Assembly (NCBI RefSeq): GCF_006345805.1
Contig: NC_042999.1
Span: forward strand, 49,786,001 to 49,850,000
DNA: 64,000 nt
Reading direction: 5' to 3'
Origin: Octopus sinensis
Taxonomy: Eukaryota
The first letter of the stretch is position 1; every line of letters starts with the position of its first letter. Both the position numbers and the translations under genes were made by a program. Below are positions 13,596 to 27,384 of the stretch, one piece after another. The notes under the pieces were generated by a model. It was not told the origin of the DNA, ran no database searches, and worked only from the letters and a program-made list of their open reading frames with translations.

Positions 13596-15116
13596 CTGAA
13601 AAATAAACAAAAGAAAAAAAAACAAGAAATGTAATTTTGAAAGTTCCATTAATTTATGCAAAAAAGATGCAAAATTTACAGATTAATATTCAATTATTGG
13701 AAAAGATTGATGAGCCTTAAATTCATATCTGTTCACTAATATCCAACAAGTGTTTTAATAATTAATTGAACATAGTCATTCACCAATTTTCTGATTCATT
13801 ATTTTTAATTTTTCTATAACTGCATATGGCAATGTTTCTAGATAGTTAGATTGTAAAAAATTCTCTACTTGAACAAAATACAAGCAACAACTCTAAAATT
13901 AATTCCGCAATTTGAATATTAATATTTATCAAATAGTGCTATAACTAATTCAAAATAAAGTCACACTTTATTTCAATATAGCAGAAAACAGAGAAATTAG
14001 AGTGAAAAGAAGAGTATATCTTATAACAAGAAAACAAGGTTGAAAGAAAGATATTAAAAGACCTATGATGGTTGGAGAGGTTGTCCTATTGAAATAGAAC
14101 TAAATAAGTTTTATATTTCCTGCTTAGAGATCTTTATACTTGTATCATTCATTGAACTGTGGTCAGACTGGGGCACCACCTTTACAACAAAACCTGCATC
14201 AACACTGGTGCCAAACTGTATCAGCACATATCAGCTGCCTTTCTCTTGGATAAACCTCAATGCCATGAAGCTGGAAGACTTGCATGTATAGGAAACTGCC
14301 AGTCCCCAAAACGATCTTGCTCAGACCTGTCCATATATATATATAGCTCTATGGTAAATTTTTAGCTGACAGTGGCCCTCTAAACATATATTATACTAAT
14401 GAATTGTATTCATGTTATTTTCATTGTGAAATAACGAAATAATTATTGCAATTATTAAGGTGTTTGGCTGTATGGAAATCAAGTTGGTGCGTGGTAGAAT
14501 CAGTAGGGCTATGGAGATGATGCTTTGCCGTATTTTAGTTACATTCTTTTATTTTCCGCAGTCAAGTTTACTTTCTATCCTTTTAGGTTTGATATGGTCA
14601 AGTATTTACATCAATTGAATCAACTTTACCCCCATCCCCAAATTTCTGTTTTTGCACCATGGTACGTTATTAATTCAATCCTAAAAGAATAAAAGCAAAA
14701 TTGATCTAGGAGGGATTATTTGAACTCAGAACACAAAGCGCTGGAATATTTTGCAGTAATTGTTCTGGCTCTTTGCATTTTCAATTTCAATGCCACTATC
14801 ATCATCATCATCATTATGGCTGTGAATTAACAGAATCATTAGAGTATTAAATGAAATGTCTTGCAGTATTTGTTATGGTTCATGTTCTGTGTTCAAATCC
14901 TGCCAAAGTCAGCTTTGACTTTCATCCTCTTAGATCCACTAAAATGTTGTCAACTACTGGAATCAATATAATCAACCAAATTCCTTCTCTCAAACTTGTT
15001 GGCCTTGTGCCTAAATGAGAGACCACTATTATTATTATTGTTGCTGTTGTTGTCAAGAACCAAATGCTGATGTAAAGAGAAAATTGGTATATTATCATTA
15101 TTATTATCATTATTAT

Positions 15117-15642
15117 TGAGTGAGAGAGCAGTGCATGTCATCAAAGTGACACTGGGGTAAAATATACAAAGCACAGTATACCCATCATGACTACCCGTCT
15201 GATAAGGGTACTCTAGGTACATGCATCACAACTGTATGTGCGCGACATAGTGATCTCATATCAAGATAAACAGCACATGACCTTGCAGGTGGGGCCCAGT
15301 TTGAATTTTATTCTGGTTGAATAACCCATCCCACTCAAAAGGTCCCTGAATAAGGGTTGTTTAAGGATGTTGAATGAAACACCCATGTTTCCTGAGGTGA
15401 ATTATCCAAACCTCAAAGATTTCCTTTCAGCACATGGCTATGATGCTCCCCCACTACTTCTGCTCATGAACAGAGATGCACATGTCATCAGCCACCAAGG
15501 GACATGCTTAAATGGTTAAGGTCAAACAACTGACAAAAAAATCTGTGGTATTGAATATTTGCTGTAGCCCATCTTTTATACTAAGACAAAACAATGTACA
15601 TGATAACACTTCCAATCAGTCAAGATCAGAAGCCACGAGAAC
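15117..15642 (-). mobile_element. Unclassified interspersed repeat flanked by (ATT)n on both sides
   Basis: Reverse complement of 45821-46380; strand is relative to that copy. Confidence 0.85.
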
Positions 15643-16473
15643 CATTATTATTATTATTATTATTGTAATGAATTATTCTGAACTAAATGTTGATAGGATA
15701 AGAGAAGACTTGTAGATATGAAACAACAAAAATTGTTAAGAGGCATAATTATAACAAAGCGTGATAGGGTAAATGCAAAAATATTGCCAAAAGACATATA
15801 GTGATGAGAATTTTGATAAGACTGCTAGACAACAAAGGAAAATTCAAATAATGAAGGGAGATAAGTTTAAATTAATCACAAAATATTATGTAAGAGAAAA
15901 TTCAAACAGCAAGCCTGGAGTAAAATTTTAATTAAATTCTATAATCCAGAAGGATTTTCATTTAGTATAAAATGAAACAGAAAAAAAAAGAGACCTAAGA
16001 ACTAAGGTTTTTGTTTTCTAGAAATTCAATATGTTCTAATATTTTCTCATCATTTGTTCATTATAGGTTTAGAAAACACTGTTTATTTTTCTAGTTTTTA
16101 AGAAAATTCATTCAAAGAAAATAGAGCAAGAAAACATTTGAGATTTGCTTTTCATATTTGAGGATATCCATTACGAGTAAATTATTCTGTTAGCAGATGA
16201 ACATCTATTTATTATATTTATGTAGAAGCTTGTTTCCCAACCACATAGTTTTAGGTTCAATGTGCTAAATGCTATTTTGGGCATTTATCTTTTATAGTTC
16301 CTGACCAAAAAATACCCTGTGAATGAATGGATTAGGTACATGATAACTATGGGGATGCCTGTCATATATATATATAACGGGAAGCTTTATGAAAATAAAC
16401 AAAAGACGAAGGCAGGTGGAGTACAAACAAACAATTGTATTAGTATGGCGCTCAGGAATATAAATAAAACAAG

Positions 16474-16511
16474 TCTTTTACGTTTCGAGCCTACGCTCTT
16501 CAACAGAAAGA
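16474..16511 (-). ncRNA. Minimal type I hammerhead-ribozyme-like motif (variant core) in a Penelope-like terminal-repeat remnant
   Basis: UCUUU-CUGUUGA-A-GAGC-guag-GCUC-GAAA-CG-UA-AAAGA: 5-bp stem I, 4-bp stem II, palindromic ACGU, GUA site; core has A6>U. Homologs at 56968-57001 and 63058-63095. Confidence 0.5.
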
Positions 16512-16601
16512 TACACAGAACAGAAACAAGGAGAGAAAAAAAATGCGTGCAGAAGCTAGCGATTCAACATGGCAATTCTGATATATATGTATATATATAT
16601 A

Positions 16602-16820
16602 TACTCTCTTTTACTTGTTTCAGTCATTTGACTGTGGCCATGCTGGAACACTGCCTTTAGTCAAGGAAATCAACCCCAGGACTTATTCTTTGTAAGCCTG
16701 GTACTTATTCTATCACTCTCTTTTTGCCGACCCGCAAAGTTATGGGGACGTAAACACACCAGCATCGGTTGTCAAGTGATGTTGGTGGGGACAAACACAG
16801 ACACACACACATACACACAC

Positions 16821-16881
<61 letters not shown>

Positions 16882-17047
16882 CATAAACATATATACGATG
16901 GGCTTCTGTTAGTTTCCGTCAACCAAATCCACTCACAAGGATTTGGTCAGCCCAAGGCTATAGTAGAAGACACTTGCCCAAGGTGCCACGCAGTGAGACT
17001 GAACCTGGAACCATGTGGTTGGTAAGCAAGCTACTTAGCACACAGCC
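16602..17047 (-). mobile_element. SINE family A
   Basis: Reverse-complement copy with expanded CA/TA tract. Confidence 0.9.
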
Positions 17048-17064
17048 GTCATTGAATATGCAAG

Positions 17065-17510
17065 TCAAAGTGGAAACTGAAGTCTGTTTAGTGTGAATGG
17101 AATATTTACATCACTTGGGCTAAGTTTAATTCTGAGAATTAGAACTGCACAACTTCTGTTGGAGCCTGTTGCCTCTACCCAATGTTCATGAAGTCTTTGC
17201 ACTTTCATGCAAGTTCCGTTACATAATCCTCGACTGATTGAAAGATTTCTTAGCAGCATTACAATAGCTCCTACTTTTAAGTTGGGTTGATGAGGCATAC
17301 CGAATGGAGTGAGTGAGTTTACGAATTCAAATGGATAGTCCTGAACCTCCTCTTCTTTATTGTAGGACGCTGAATCTGTGCTTAAGTGCATTTTAAGTGC
17401 CCGTGGTATAATATTAAGAACATTTTCGTTTATTGCAAGACAGTCAGAATTTTTAAGAGATAAAATTACTCATTTTCCCATTTCTTTTGGCGTGCAGTTG
17501 TTGAAAATTT
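17065..17510 (-). pseudogene. Helitron RepHel (Pif1-family) helicase fragment, decayed
   Basis: YPFEFVNSLTPFGMPHQPNLKVGAIVMLLRNLSISRGLCNGT...LNRLQFPL, hallmark Pif1/Helitron motifs; in-frame stop upstream and truncated at both ends. Confidence 0.92.
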
Positions 17511-18035
17511 CTTAGTACAAATTGAAATTCAAAAGAACGAAATAATAAATGGATTTATGAATCAAAGTTTGGTAACTGCATTTATTTCTACCACACGACA
17601 CTTATTATTGCAAACATGTTTCATCTAACCTAAACTATACACACACACAAATACATTCATATATATATATATGTCTCAAGTTGTAGCTGTAATTCAAAGG
17701 GGCCAGTCTTGTCATATTGTGTGTGAGGCTGAATCTCCCAGAAAACTATATTAATGTTATGTATGTCTGCGGAGTACTCAGCCATTTGTGAGTTAATTTT
17801 ATCCTCGTGTGGTAATGAAAAGTGAAACTGACAGCCGATATTTGCTGTGTCAATGTATCTATGAACTTTCCTTTGGATTTATGTATCTGCTGTCTCTCTC
17901 ACTTTCTCTCTTCCTGTATGTCCCTCTTCTCTGCCAATTTTGATTTAACAATGTGTATATGTATCTATGTACCTATTTCTCTTGCGATGTGATAAACATT
18001 TAAAAACACAAAATGAACGCTGTCACCACTCGCTG

Positions 18036-18079
<44 letters not shown>

Positions 18080-19048
18080 CCTCTCTCACCTTCTCTCTTT
18101 CTCTCTTTTTCTCTCTCTCTCTCTTTCTCTCTTACTTCCTCTCTGTCCTCTTCTCTCTAGCTTTGCCACTTCTTTCAAGTAAGTGTGACACACACAACAG
18201 GTACATACAAAAACAAAAAGTTAGCATATTAATATTACTGATCCTGCTGTAGGATTTTTTATTTGATATGAAAGTTATCATATTCCACAACACTAAAGCA
18301 ACTATACTATCTACTAAATTAAAATATTCAATTCTGCATGAAATATATGTGTAAATATATTAATTACCAGTCACATTTCAATACTGAATTGTTGACATGA
18401 AAAAAAAAATCATTAAACTAGTACTGAATGAACAATTTAAATTGCTAAATGATAAATTTCTATATCAATAATTGAATATTAAAAACCATATTTCCAAAAT
18501 CACTGTCAATTAAAAACCCAACACACAAAAAGCAAACGACCCAATCTTAAAAGTACATTTCAACTTTGTGTTAATTGCCAAAATAATTTCATTAAGTATC
18601 ATAATTTGGGCTGAAACCAAACTTGAACCATTGTGAAAAATTGAAAAATAAATGTTAACTTATCGAAGTGGTGAATATTTCAAGCTATTAAATGTAAATG
18701 TTTGAAATTTGATAGTCTAAATATAAATAAATGGCTGAGTATTCCACAGGCACAAGCATTCTTAATGTAATTCTTGGGTGAACTCAGTATGGCAGTGTGA
18801 TAAGGCTGTACCTTTTGAATCATAAGTAAAATTTCTGGGTTTCCACATAGGTTCTGTCAGTGAAATTTCACTCATTAGGCTTGGGTTGACCAAAGGCCAT
18901 ACTGGAAGATACATGGCCAAGGTGCTACATACTGGAATTGAACTCTGGATCTTGTGCTTGCGAAGTAAACTTCTTAACCATTTGGTCATACAGTGTCTAC
19001 TAGTTAAAACTAGAACAGCTTAATATGGTAACCCATCTGAAAAGCTGA

Positions 19049-19592
19049 ATATATAAAGGAGTTGGTGACTGAAATGTCCTGAGTTGCTGTACGTTGGTGT
19101 CATCACGGGAACATGACTGAGTAGCTCTGTGGTCAGAGGTTAACATGGCTGAGTAGCTCTGTGGTCAAACTGCACCAAAATCAACTAATCAAGAAGCCTG
19201 TAGCGTAGCTCAGTGATATCTTCACTGTTTGAGAGATATATTAGAAATGATGTCGTCTTTGATAGCAACCATCTTTCGGCTGCTTAAGCTCAGTTGTGTC
19301 CGCTACTGTGATTGGTTGATTTTTGGTGCAGTTTGTCTCTTGTTTTATTTCACACCAATATGTAAACCTACCAATCGCAGCCTTCTGATAAGGTCCTGTG
19401 ACACAGTCTTCTAGGTTCTCTTCTGGAGCCCACTAATCTCTTTAAAAGCTACTCAAGATAAACCATTACTCATCTTTGGTTCTAGTCCTTCTCAGAACTA
19501 ACCTCTGACCACAGAGCTACTCAGCCATGTTCCCGCGACGACACCAACATACAGCAACTCAGGACATTTCAGTCACCAACTCCTTCACATAT
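19049..19592. repeat. Element with 94-bp outer and about 25-bp inner inverted repeats
   Basis: 19049-19142 vs 19499-19592; 19167-19191 vs 19309-19334. Confidence 0.92.
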
Positions 19593-19979
19593 GGTCGTCT
19601 CTACAAGCCCACCTGTGCAGAATGTGGTAGCTAATTGAAGCAACTAGATATGAAGTTTGCTGGAATATGATAGCACACTTAAGTAAGTGAATGTAGTAGT
19701 CCAACTTTAACAATAATTTGCAGGAGAAAAAACATATATTTGCTCATAGGCTTGTTAACATTACAATCAATCATTGTTCATGATTCACACCCATACATAA
19801 CACACTTCATACACACACCTCATATAATAATGTCTCCCTTTCTCCAGAGATACTCGTTTCTTACAGATGTATTAGTTTTTTTGAAACTTCTTCCACTCCT
19901 TATTTTTATATAGAAATCATACTCTCATTAGATCCACATTTATCATAAAATATTTTGTCTAGTAACAGAATGTATCCAT

Positions 19980-20440
19980 TACTTCCAGTGAGCCGTATGA
20001 ATAGTCTGTAGTATTGAATTCATGGCTGTTTGTGCTGTTATCTTATCCAATATAACTGGTTCTCCTAATGCCATTGATTTTTTTTCATTCTCTTCTTTAA
20101 ACATAATGTTATTCCAGAAATGGCTAAAAACAACAACTGAAAATAAACGCACATACACACGCACATTTGTTGAAACGTCTTCCAGACATTTGGCTATAAA
20201 ATTGTGCAAAGTAATGGTTATCAAGATAAGACTCCATTTGGTTGTGAATACAGTTGTGTTGTCAGAGACAAAGCAAAGTGGGAAAAGTGAAGAGAGACTT
20301 GGGAATTTATCTAGACCTATCATCAAATTCTCAGTGCTTTCTTGGAGCCAATGGACTGTTATTACCCACATGAAACCAGAGGTTGTAACAAGAACTGGTC
20401 TTTCTACCTATGAAAAATATTATCGGATGATTACATGCTA
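19980..20440 (+). pseudogene. Possible very decayed LINE ORF2 C-terminal fragment
   Basis: Weak resemblance to RTE-type C-terminal motifs; not spliceable into the host gene. Confidence 0.3.
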
Positions 20441-20651
20441 TAATACTATAATATAACGGAAAGTATGTTCTCAGTGTCAAAACTAAAGGCAGGAGATAGC
20501 TAAAATTGTTAGAGCACTGGATACCATGCCATGTAATATTCAGCTATGGTCTTTTATATTCTGGGTTCAGTCCCAATCAAATATTTACCTTAACTCAACA
20601 AAGACCGCATTCTAATGGCTGGCCAGTTTCCTCATCAGGATCAGAGGATAT

Positions 20652-21003
20652 TGCTTCCCAACCACATAGTTCCGGGTTCAGTCCTACTGCATGGCACCTT
20701 GGGCAAGTGTTTTCTACTATAGCCTCGGGCCAACCAAAGCCTTGTGAGTGGATTTGGTAGATGGAAACTGAAAGAATCCCATCGTGTATATGTGTGTGTG
20801 TGTGTGTGTGTATGCTTGTCCCACCAACATTGCTTGACAACCGATGCTGGTGTGTTTATGTCCCCGTAACTTAGCAGTTCAGCCTAAGAGACCGATAGAA
20901 TAAGTACTAGGCTTATAAAGATTAAGTCCTGGGGTTGATTTGCTTGACTAAAAGAGGTGCTCCGGCATGGCTGCAGTCAAATGACTGAAACAAATAAAAG
21001 AAT
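20652..21003 (+). mobile_element. SINE family A, 5'-truncated
   Basis: Starts at gcttcccaaccacat and runs to the tail. Confidence 0.88.
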
Positions 21004-21133
21004 ATATATATATAAGATCTCTGTAACAGAATACACTAAAGTATTCCCTTGATGATCCATTGCTGCTGGGCATCCAAATGCTCTTGGAACATACAATGCT
21101 GAGTTCTAAATAACTGCAATGTTTTAATGTACA

Positions 21134-21614
21134 TCTCTATATCTATAAACAGCAAAATGTCTGTGTATCTGTGTGTCCTTTATACAAATTCAGTTTTTCG
21201 TGTAAAAGGCTCGCATTTTCTATGGGCTTTTAAAACTGTCTGAGGGTGGTCGGGAAGAACTTTTCATTTCCCCAGTCACCCCAGAAAGCCATTTAAAAAT
21301 CGATAACTTATACCCATAAGTTATTTTGCAGCCAAATTCAAGTTTTTCACTTTCTTCTGCCTCCTTTTTTGTCCGACCAATGGCATGTGCACAGTCCTGC
21401 AGTGATTATACTGTTCCAGGTGTAAAAACCGAAGTCCAATGAATATTAATTACTCACATAAAAAGCTCCAACTAGTTCATAAACAACAAAACTGGACCGG
21501 GCTGAAATGTGATAAGAAACTTAGCTCTTGATTTAGTGAGAAATTTTTAATGCGACCCGGTAGCAAACAACAAGCACTAGCACTAGACCCAGCATTGCTG
21601 GGTCATAGTGCTAG
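21134..21614 (+). mobile_element. Non-autonomous Helitron, family H3
   Basis: A|TC start with tctgtgt motif, hairpin gacccagca-t-tgctgggtc, CTAG|T end. Confidence 0.8.
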
Positions 21615-22773
21615 TTGGAACTAAATATTTATACAGGTTTTTATTTAAATTTTCCACTGTGTGTGTGTGCATGTGTGTTTGTATGTCCATGTGCCTTGAT
21701 ATCATGTGATGGTTGTAAATGAACCTCATCATACATGTTATTTTATTTGTTTCCAATCTTCTATGGGAAAAAGGCTGGGCATAAGAAATGTTGGTTTTTA
21801 ATTTTGGCACAAGGCCAGCAATTTCAGGGGAGGAAGTAAGTCAATTACATCAATTCCCATTACTCAGCTCCTACTTATTTTATCAACCCCAAAAGGATGG
21901 AACAAATGTCAACCTCAGCAGAATTTGGACTCAGAATGTAAAAACAGGGGAAATGCTGCTAAGCATTTTGCCCAGTGTGCTAACAATTCTGTCGGCTTGC
22001 CACCTTGGGCATAAGAAATATTGCCTTGCTTAGAAATAGATGAAGGTCGGCAACAGGAAAATAGAAAATCTTCCCCCAGCAAATTCTGTCTGACCCATGC
22101 AAGCATGGAAAAGAGGACATTAAATGATGATGTCAGAAACGGATATTAGTATTATTATTATTATTATTATCTGAATGCAGTTTGACAACTTGGGTTTCAT
22201 CAGAGCCCTAAGTAACTGCCAACAACATTTCTTGGAGTGCTGTATAATATCAAAATGTTTTACTACTATATTGAAATGTTTTACTACTATATTGAAATGT
22301 TTTACAACCGACATGAATTATTCATCTCTTGACATTGTCATCATCCTAATTATCCTCCTCGTTGCACTAGAGGGTTATTTGCAACACCTTTGTTACTTAG
22401 CTGTCAACAGCACTCAATTCCTGCAACACAACCAACACTTTCGCCACCACTATGATTATCCTAATCCTAATGATCATCATTGCTATTTACTATTGCTATT
22501 ATTTGTGTCAATAACATCACAATAGTTTTCCAAATAAAATTCATGTCACCACACTCTTCATGGTTACCAATATCAATTGGGTTCCTTAGCGATCCTCTAT
22601 ATTCAACAAAGAAAATAACTTCTCGTTATTTGTTCCGAATCAATATTAAACTAAACAACTTAAAATTCCTCGTCGCACGCCAACTTTCACCACTACCTAC
22701 CATTAACTGTACTATCCTCAACAACAGAATTTATTCTTATTACATATCCAAATAAATAAGCTTATATCATACT

Positions 22774-23270
22774 TCATCATCATCATCATCATTTAACGTC
22801 CGTTTTCCATGCTAGCATGGGTTGGACGGTTTGACTGGGGTCTGGGAAGCCAGGAGGCTGCACCAGGCTCCAGTCTGATCTGGCAGTGTTTCTACAGCTG
22901 GATGCCCTTCCTAATGCCAACCACTCTGTGACTGTAGTGGGTGCTTTTTATGTGCCACCGACACAGGTGCCAGGGGAGGCTGGCGGCAGCCACGATTGGT
23001 TGGTGCTTTTTACGTGCCACCGGCACAGAAGCCTGTCAAGGCGGTGCTGGCATCAGTCACGTTCGGATGGTGCTTTTTATGTGCCACCAGCAATGGTATC
23101 ACAACTACAATTTCCATTTGATTTTTTGATATTGATGCACTTGACTCAATAGGTCTCCTCAAGCAAAGCAGGTTGCCCTATGATCCAAGGTAAGCACAGC
23201 AGGCCGTCTTGCGATCCAAGGCACTTTGGATGGGCTGGGGCTTCAATGTAAAGCTGGTGCAAGAAACAGC
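22774..23270 (-). mobile_element. Family D RTE-tailed element
   Basis: Closely matches the 7752 copy. Confidence 0.8.
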
Positions 23271-24117
23271 CATACATACATATATTCTCTCCCTCTCTCT
23301 CCTCTTCATTTACATTGTCATCATATATCCAAAGAAAGGCCTTTATCTTCTTCCTTTTATATGTCTCATTCTTCCTCCCTGAATATCTTCCTTTCTTTAT
23401 ATGTCACTATCTTCCTCTCTTCATACATCTCTGTTCTTTCTCTGTCTACATGTCACTATCTCTTTCTGCACTCTCCCTCTCTCACTAATAATCATGTAGC
23501 AAACAATAGGAAACATCTATGAATAATTGAGAAGCAGAGAGAAGCTTTATTTCTTTGTAGAGTGGATATTGAAAATCAAAGTTTCTGTAAAATCAAGACC
23601 AGTTGATTAGGAACAGCATCAGGCAGTTCTTTTAGGATTAGGTTTCAATGATGTGATAGATTATCAGTTCTACTACAGCTGTACATTTCGTTGTCCATTT
23701 GGACTGAATGAAGGTAAATAGAAGATTATTGATATTCTGTTAAAATGAGTTGCCATGCTGTTAAGCTGAGAACTTGGCATGTTAAATGAACTCATCCCGT
23801 CTTTCAATTAATTGTACCACCACACAAACATATGCCACTTGTGTGTGTGGCAACATATTTCTAAATTATCATTCTTGTGTAATGTCCATGTAAGGCAGCA
23901 GATTGGCAGAATCATAAGCAACATTTCATCCATCTTTGTTATGGGTTCAAACTCTGCCAGGGTCAGTTTTATCTTTCATCCTTTTGGGGTTCCAGTCGAG
24001 CACTGGGGCCAATGTAATCAACTTACTCCCTCTCCCAAAATTGCTGGCCTTGTGCCAAAATATGAAGCCATAATTTAATGTCAGTTTCATACTGGCTATA
24101 TAGTCATATATATGTGA

Positions 24118-24560
24118 TGTCATCATCATCATCATCATCATCATCGTTTAGCGTCCGTTTTCCATGCTGGCATGGGTTGGACGGGTCAACTGGGGTCTGT
24201 GAAGCTGGAAGGCTTTGTCAGGCCCAGTCAGATCTGGCAGTGTTTCTACGGCTGGATGCCCTTCCTAACGCCAACCACTCCGCGAGTGTAGTGGGTGTTT
24301 TTTACGTGCCACCTGCACAGGTGCCAGACAGAGCTGGCGAACGGCCACGAACGGATGGTGCTTTTACGTGTCACCGGCACGGGGCCAGGCGATGCTGGCA
24401 ACGGACGCGAACGGATGGTGCTTTTACGTGCCACCGACACGGTTGCCAGACAGAGCTGGCAAACAGTTACGAGCGGACGGTGCTTTTACGTGTCACCGGC
24501 ACGGGGGCCAGCCGAGGCTGGCAACGGACACGGACGGATGGTGCTTTTACGTGCCACCGA
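24118..24560 (-). mobile_element. Family D RTE-tailed element with four internal tandem units
   Basis: (cat)n tail; repeated ggatggtgcttttacgtgYcacc units. Confidence 0.8.
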
Positions 24561-24610
24561 TGTATGTATATATATGTGAGTGTGTGTGTGAATATATTCT
24601 TTAATTCTTA

Positions 24611-24955
24611 TATTTGCTTCAGTCATCTGGCTTGGCCATATTGGAACAATATTTCTTAAGCCTAGTATATATCCTATCGGTCTCTTTCGCTGAACCACTA
24701 AGTTACAGGTATGTTAACACATCAGCACTGGTTGCCAAATGGTGATGGGGAGACAAATGCAGACACACAGACACATACATATGTATTACATGCGATGGGC
24801 TTCTTTTAGTTTCCGTCTACCAAATCCACTCATAAGGCTTTGCCCAGCCTGAGGCTATAGTAGAAGACATTTGCCCAAGGTGCCATACAGTGGGACTGAA
24901 CCCTGAACCATGTGGTCAGGAAGCAAACCTCTTACCACACAGCCATATCTGCACA
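24611..24955 (-). mobile_element. SINE family A, diverged
   Basis: Reverse-complement copy with a deletion in the tail half. Confidence 0.85.
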
Positions 24956-25427
24956 TACGTGTAGATCTAAATTTTATAGATCTCCTACATGTCTATATAT
25001 ATGCCTTCCTGCTTACCGGCTTATGTACATGAATGCATATAATACATAACATTACAAGCATACACAGACATATCCATATACACACACAATCCTATGTATG
25101 CTTACTCATATATGTTTAGCCCCCTCTGGGCAGTAAATAAATAATATATGAATATGACATGGATGTTAAAATAACAATGTTCTTGCCATGGTATTCATAT
25201 GGATCATATAATGAGAATTTCAAGAGTTTTTATTACCAGAAGAGAATTGTTATTCCATTTGAAAGAATCAGTACAATATAAACCAACAAGAGAGGAGTAA
25301 CATGTGGTCACTCAACTTACAAGAAATAGCAGCGAAATCTTTCTCAAATTTCATTCTAACATTTTGAAGAACACATTGGAGATTGTCCAATGGAAGACTG
25401 TGGATATTTCTGATTATTCTAGATATA

Positions 25428-25834
25428 GGCGTAGGAGTGGCTGTGTGGTAAGTAGCTTGCTTACCAACCACATGGTTCTGGGTTCAGTCCTACTGCGTGG
25501 CACCTTGGGCAAGTGTCTTCTACTATAGCTTCAGACCGACCAAAGCCTTGTGAGTGGATTTAGTAGACGGAAACTGAAAGAAGCCCGTCGTATATATATA
25601 TATATGTATGTGTGTGTGTATGTTTGTGTGTTTGTGTTTGTCCTCCCAACATCACTTGACAACCGACGCTGGTGTGTTTACGTCCCCGTAACATAGCCAT
25701 TCGGCAAAAGAGAGCTGATAGAATAAATACTAGGCTTACAAAGAATAAGTCCTGGGGTCAATTTCCTCGACTAAAGGTGGTGCTCCAGCATGGCCACAGT
25801 CAAATGACTGAAACAAGTAAAAGAGAGAGAGTAA
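25428..25834 (+). mobile_element. SINE family A
   Basis: Full-length, near-consensus copy. Confidence 0.9.
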
Positions 25835-26105
25835 AAAAGTATAGAAAATTACTGGATGATCATGGAGGGAACAACTTTGATAACAGATCTGTTGGTTCAA
25901 TCATTGCAAGTCGACTTGAATAAGTGCTGAATTTCCATGGCTTGTCTACAATTTAAATGCTTTGAATGTCAAGCAAAGTAAACGCAGAAATGAGAAATGA
26001 TCTGTCTTGGTGATATCTATTTTTGATGCCTAACCTCTTACCATTGCAACTCATAATCTTCCATGACCCAGTTTTTTCAAATATATTACAATGGGCAACA
26101 CATAT

Positions 26106-26484
26106 ACTCTTTTATTTGTTTTAGTCATTTGACTGCGGCCATGCTGAAGCCTTTTAGTCGAGCAAATTGACCCCAGGACTTATTCTTTGTAAGCCAAGTA
26201 CTTACTCTCTCGGTCTCTTTTTGCTGAACTGCTAAGTGACGGGGACATAAACACATCAGCATCGGTTGTCAAGCGATGTTGGGGACACACACACATATAT
26301 ATATATATATATACATATATACAACGGGCTTCTTTCAGTTTCTGTCTACCAAATCCACTCACAAGGCTTCGGTCAGCCTGAGGCTATAGCAGAAGACACT
26401 TGCTCAAGTTGTCACGCAGTGGGAATGAACCTGGAACCATGTGGTTTGTAAGCAAGCTACTTACCACACAGCCACTCCTGTGCC
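26106..26484 (-). mobile_element. SINE family A
   Basis: Reverse-complement copy, about 270 bp from the opposite-strand copy at 25428. Confidence 0.9.
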
Positions 26485-27384
26485 TATATTAATACATTCT
26501 ACAATTGGATGCTTTCTCTGCTGCTCACACTCCCTTTCCAAGCAAATTATTATCTTCACATGACTAGACATGTTTTCATGGAAGATTGGAAACAAGTGAT
26601 AATGCTTGTATGACAATAACTATTATGCAATGCCAAGACAGGGAGATACACACACACACATACATACCACACTGTAAAATAGTCAGTGACAGAAAGGGCA
26701 TCCAGGGGTAGAATCCTATTTAAGTGACGTTCATGAACTCCAATTTTATGAGGGCAGAGACTGCCAATAAAAAATTAACTCAGACTGGCAATTCCTCCAA
26801 CCATGACAGCAAGGAAAACAGATATTAAAAGATGATGATGATCATGATGATAATGGTAGGCAGTATAATTCTGTGGAAATATGGAAACAAAAGTGAAGGC
26901 AGATGGAATAAGCAGTGAATCATTTGTCACTAATTCACTTTTGGTCAGTATGATGAAGCAATTATTTTAACAATGCAAGTTCTATTTTGAACTAAAGCCA
27001 AACAGATCTGGCAACATTTTACATAGAATTGCATAGCCTTTATTTTCCTTCTATGGCGACTCTATCTAAATTATAAGTTGAATTCACTTCCTCTTTTACT
27101 ATTGGTTGCAAGTGTGAGGTTGCATAGCCTAGTGGCTAGGGTGTTGCCCTCACAATCGTGAGTTCATGGTTTCAATTACTGGTCTGGGTAGTGTGTTGTA
27201 TTCTCAAGCAAAACACTTCATCTCATGTTACTCTGCAATCCATATCAGGACAATTACCCCAGTAGGACAATTACCCCCTTATAGGACAATTCCCCCTGAC
27301 AACAACTACCCCCTAGGACAATTATCTTCTTTGGTTAATTAGTCTCTCTCTAATATATTAAGAAGTTTTAAATCATCATCTGTT

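Noticed and set aside
17065-17510. Cellular PIF1 gene or active Helitron
   Set aside because: Short, truncated, with an in-frame stop and no Rep domain.
22310-22760. C/A-skewed stretch suggestive of a retroelement ORF (similar at 56100-56500)
   Set aside because: No recognisable protein motif; too decayed to call.
24078-24659. 193-aa ORF and the many similar ORFs over SINEs and microsatellites
   Set aside because: They are translations of non-coding repeats (YIYI, CVCV, SLSL, CHRHR runs).
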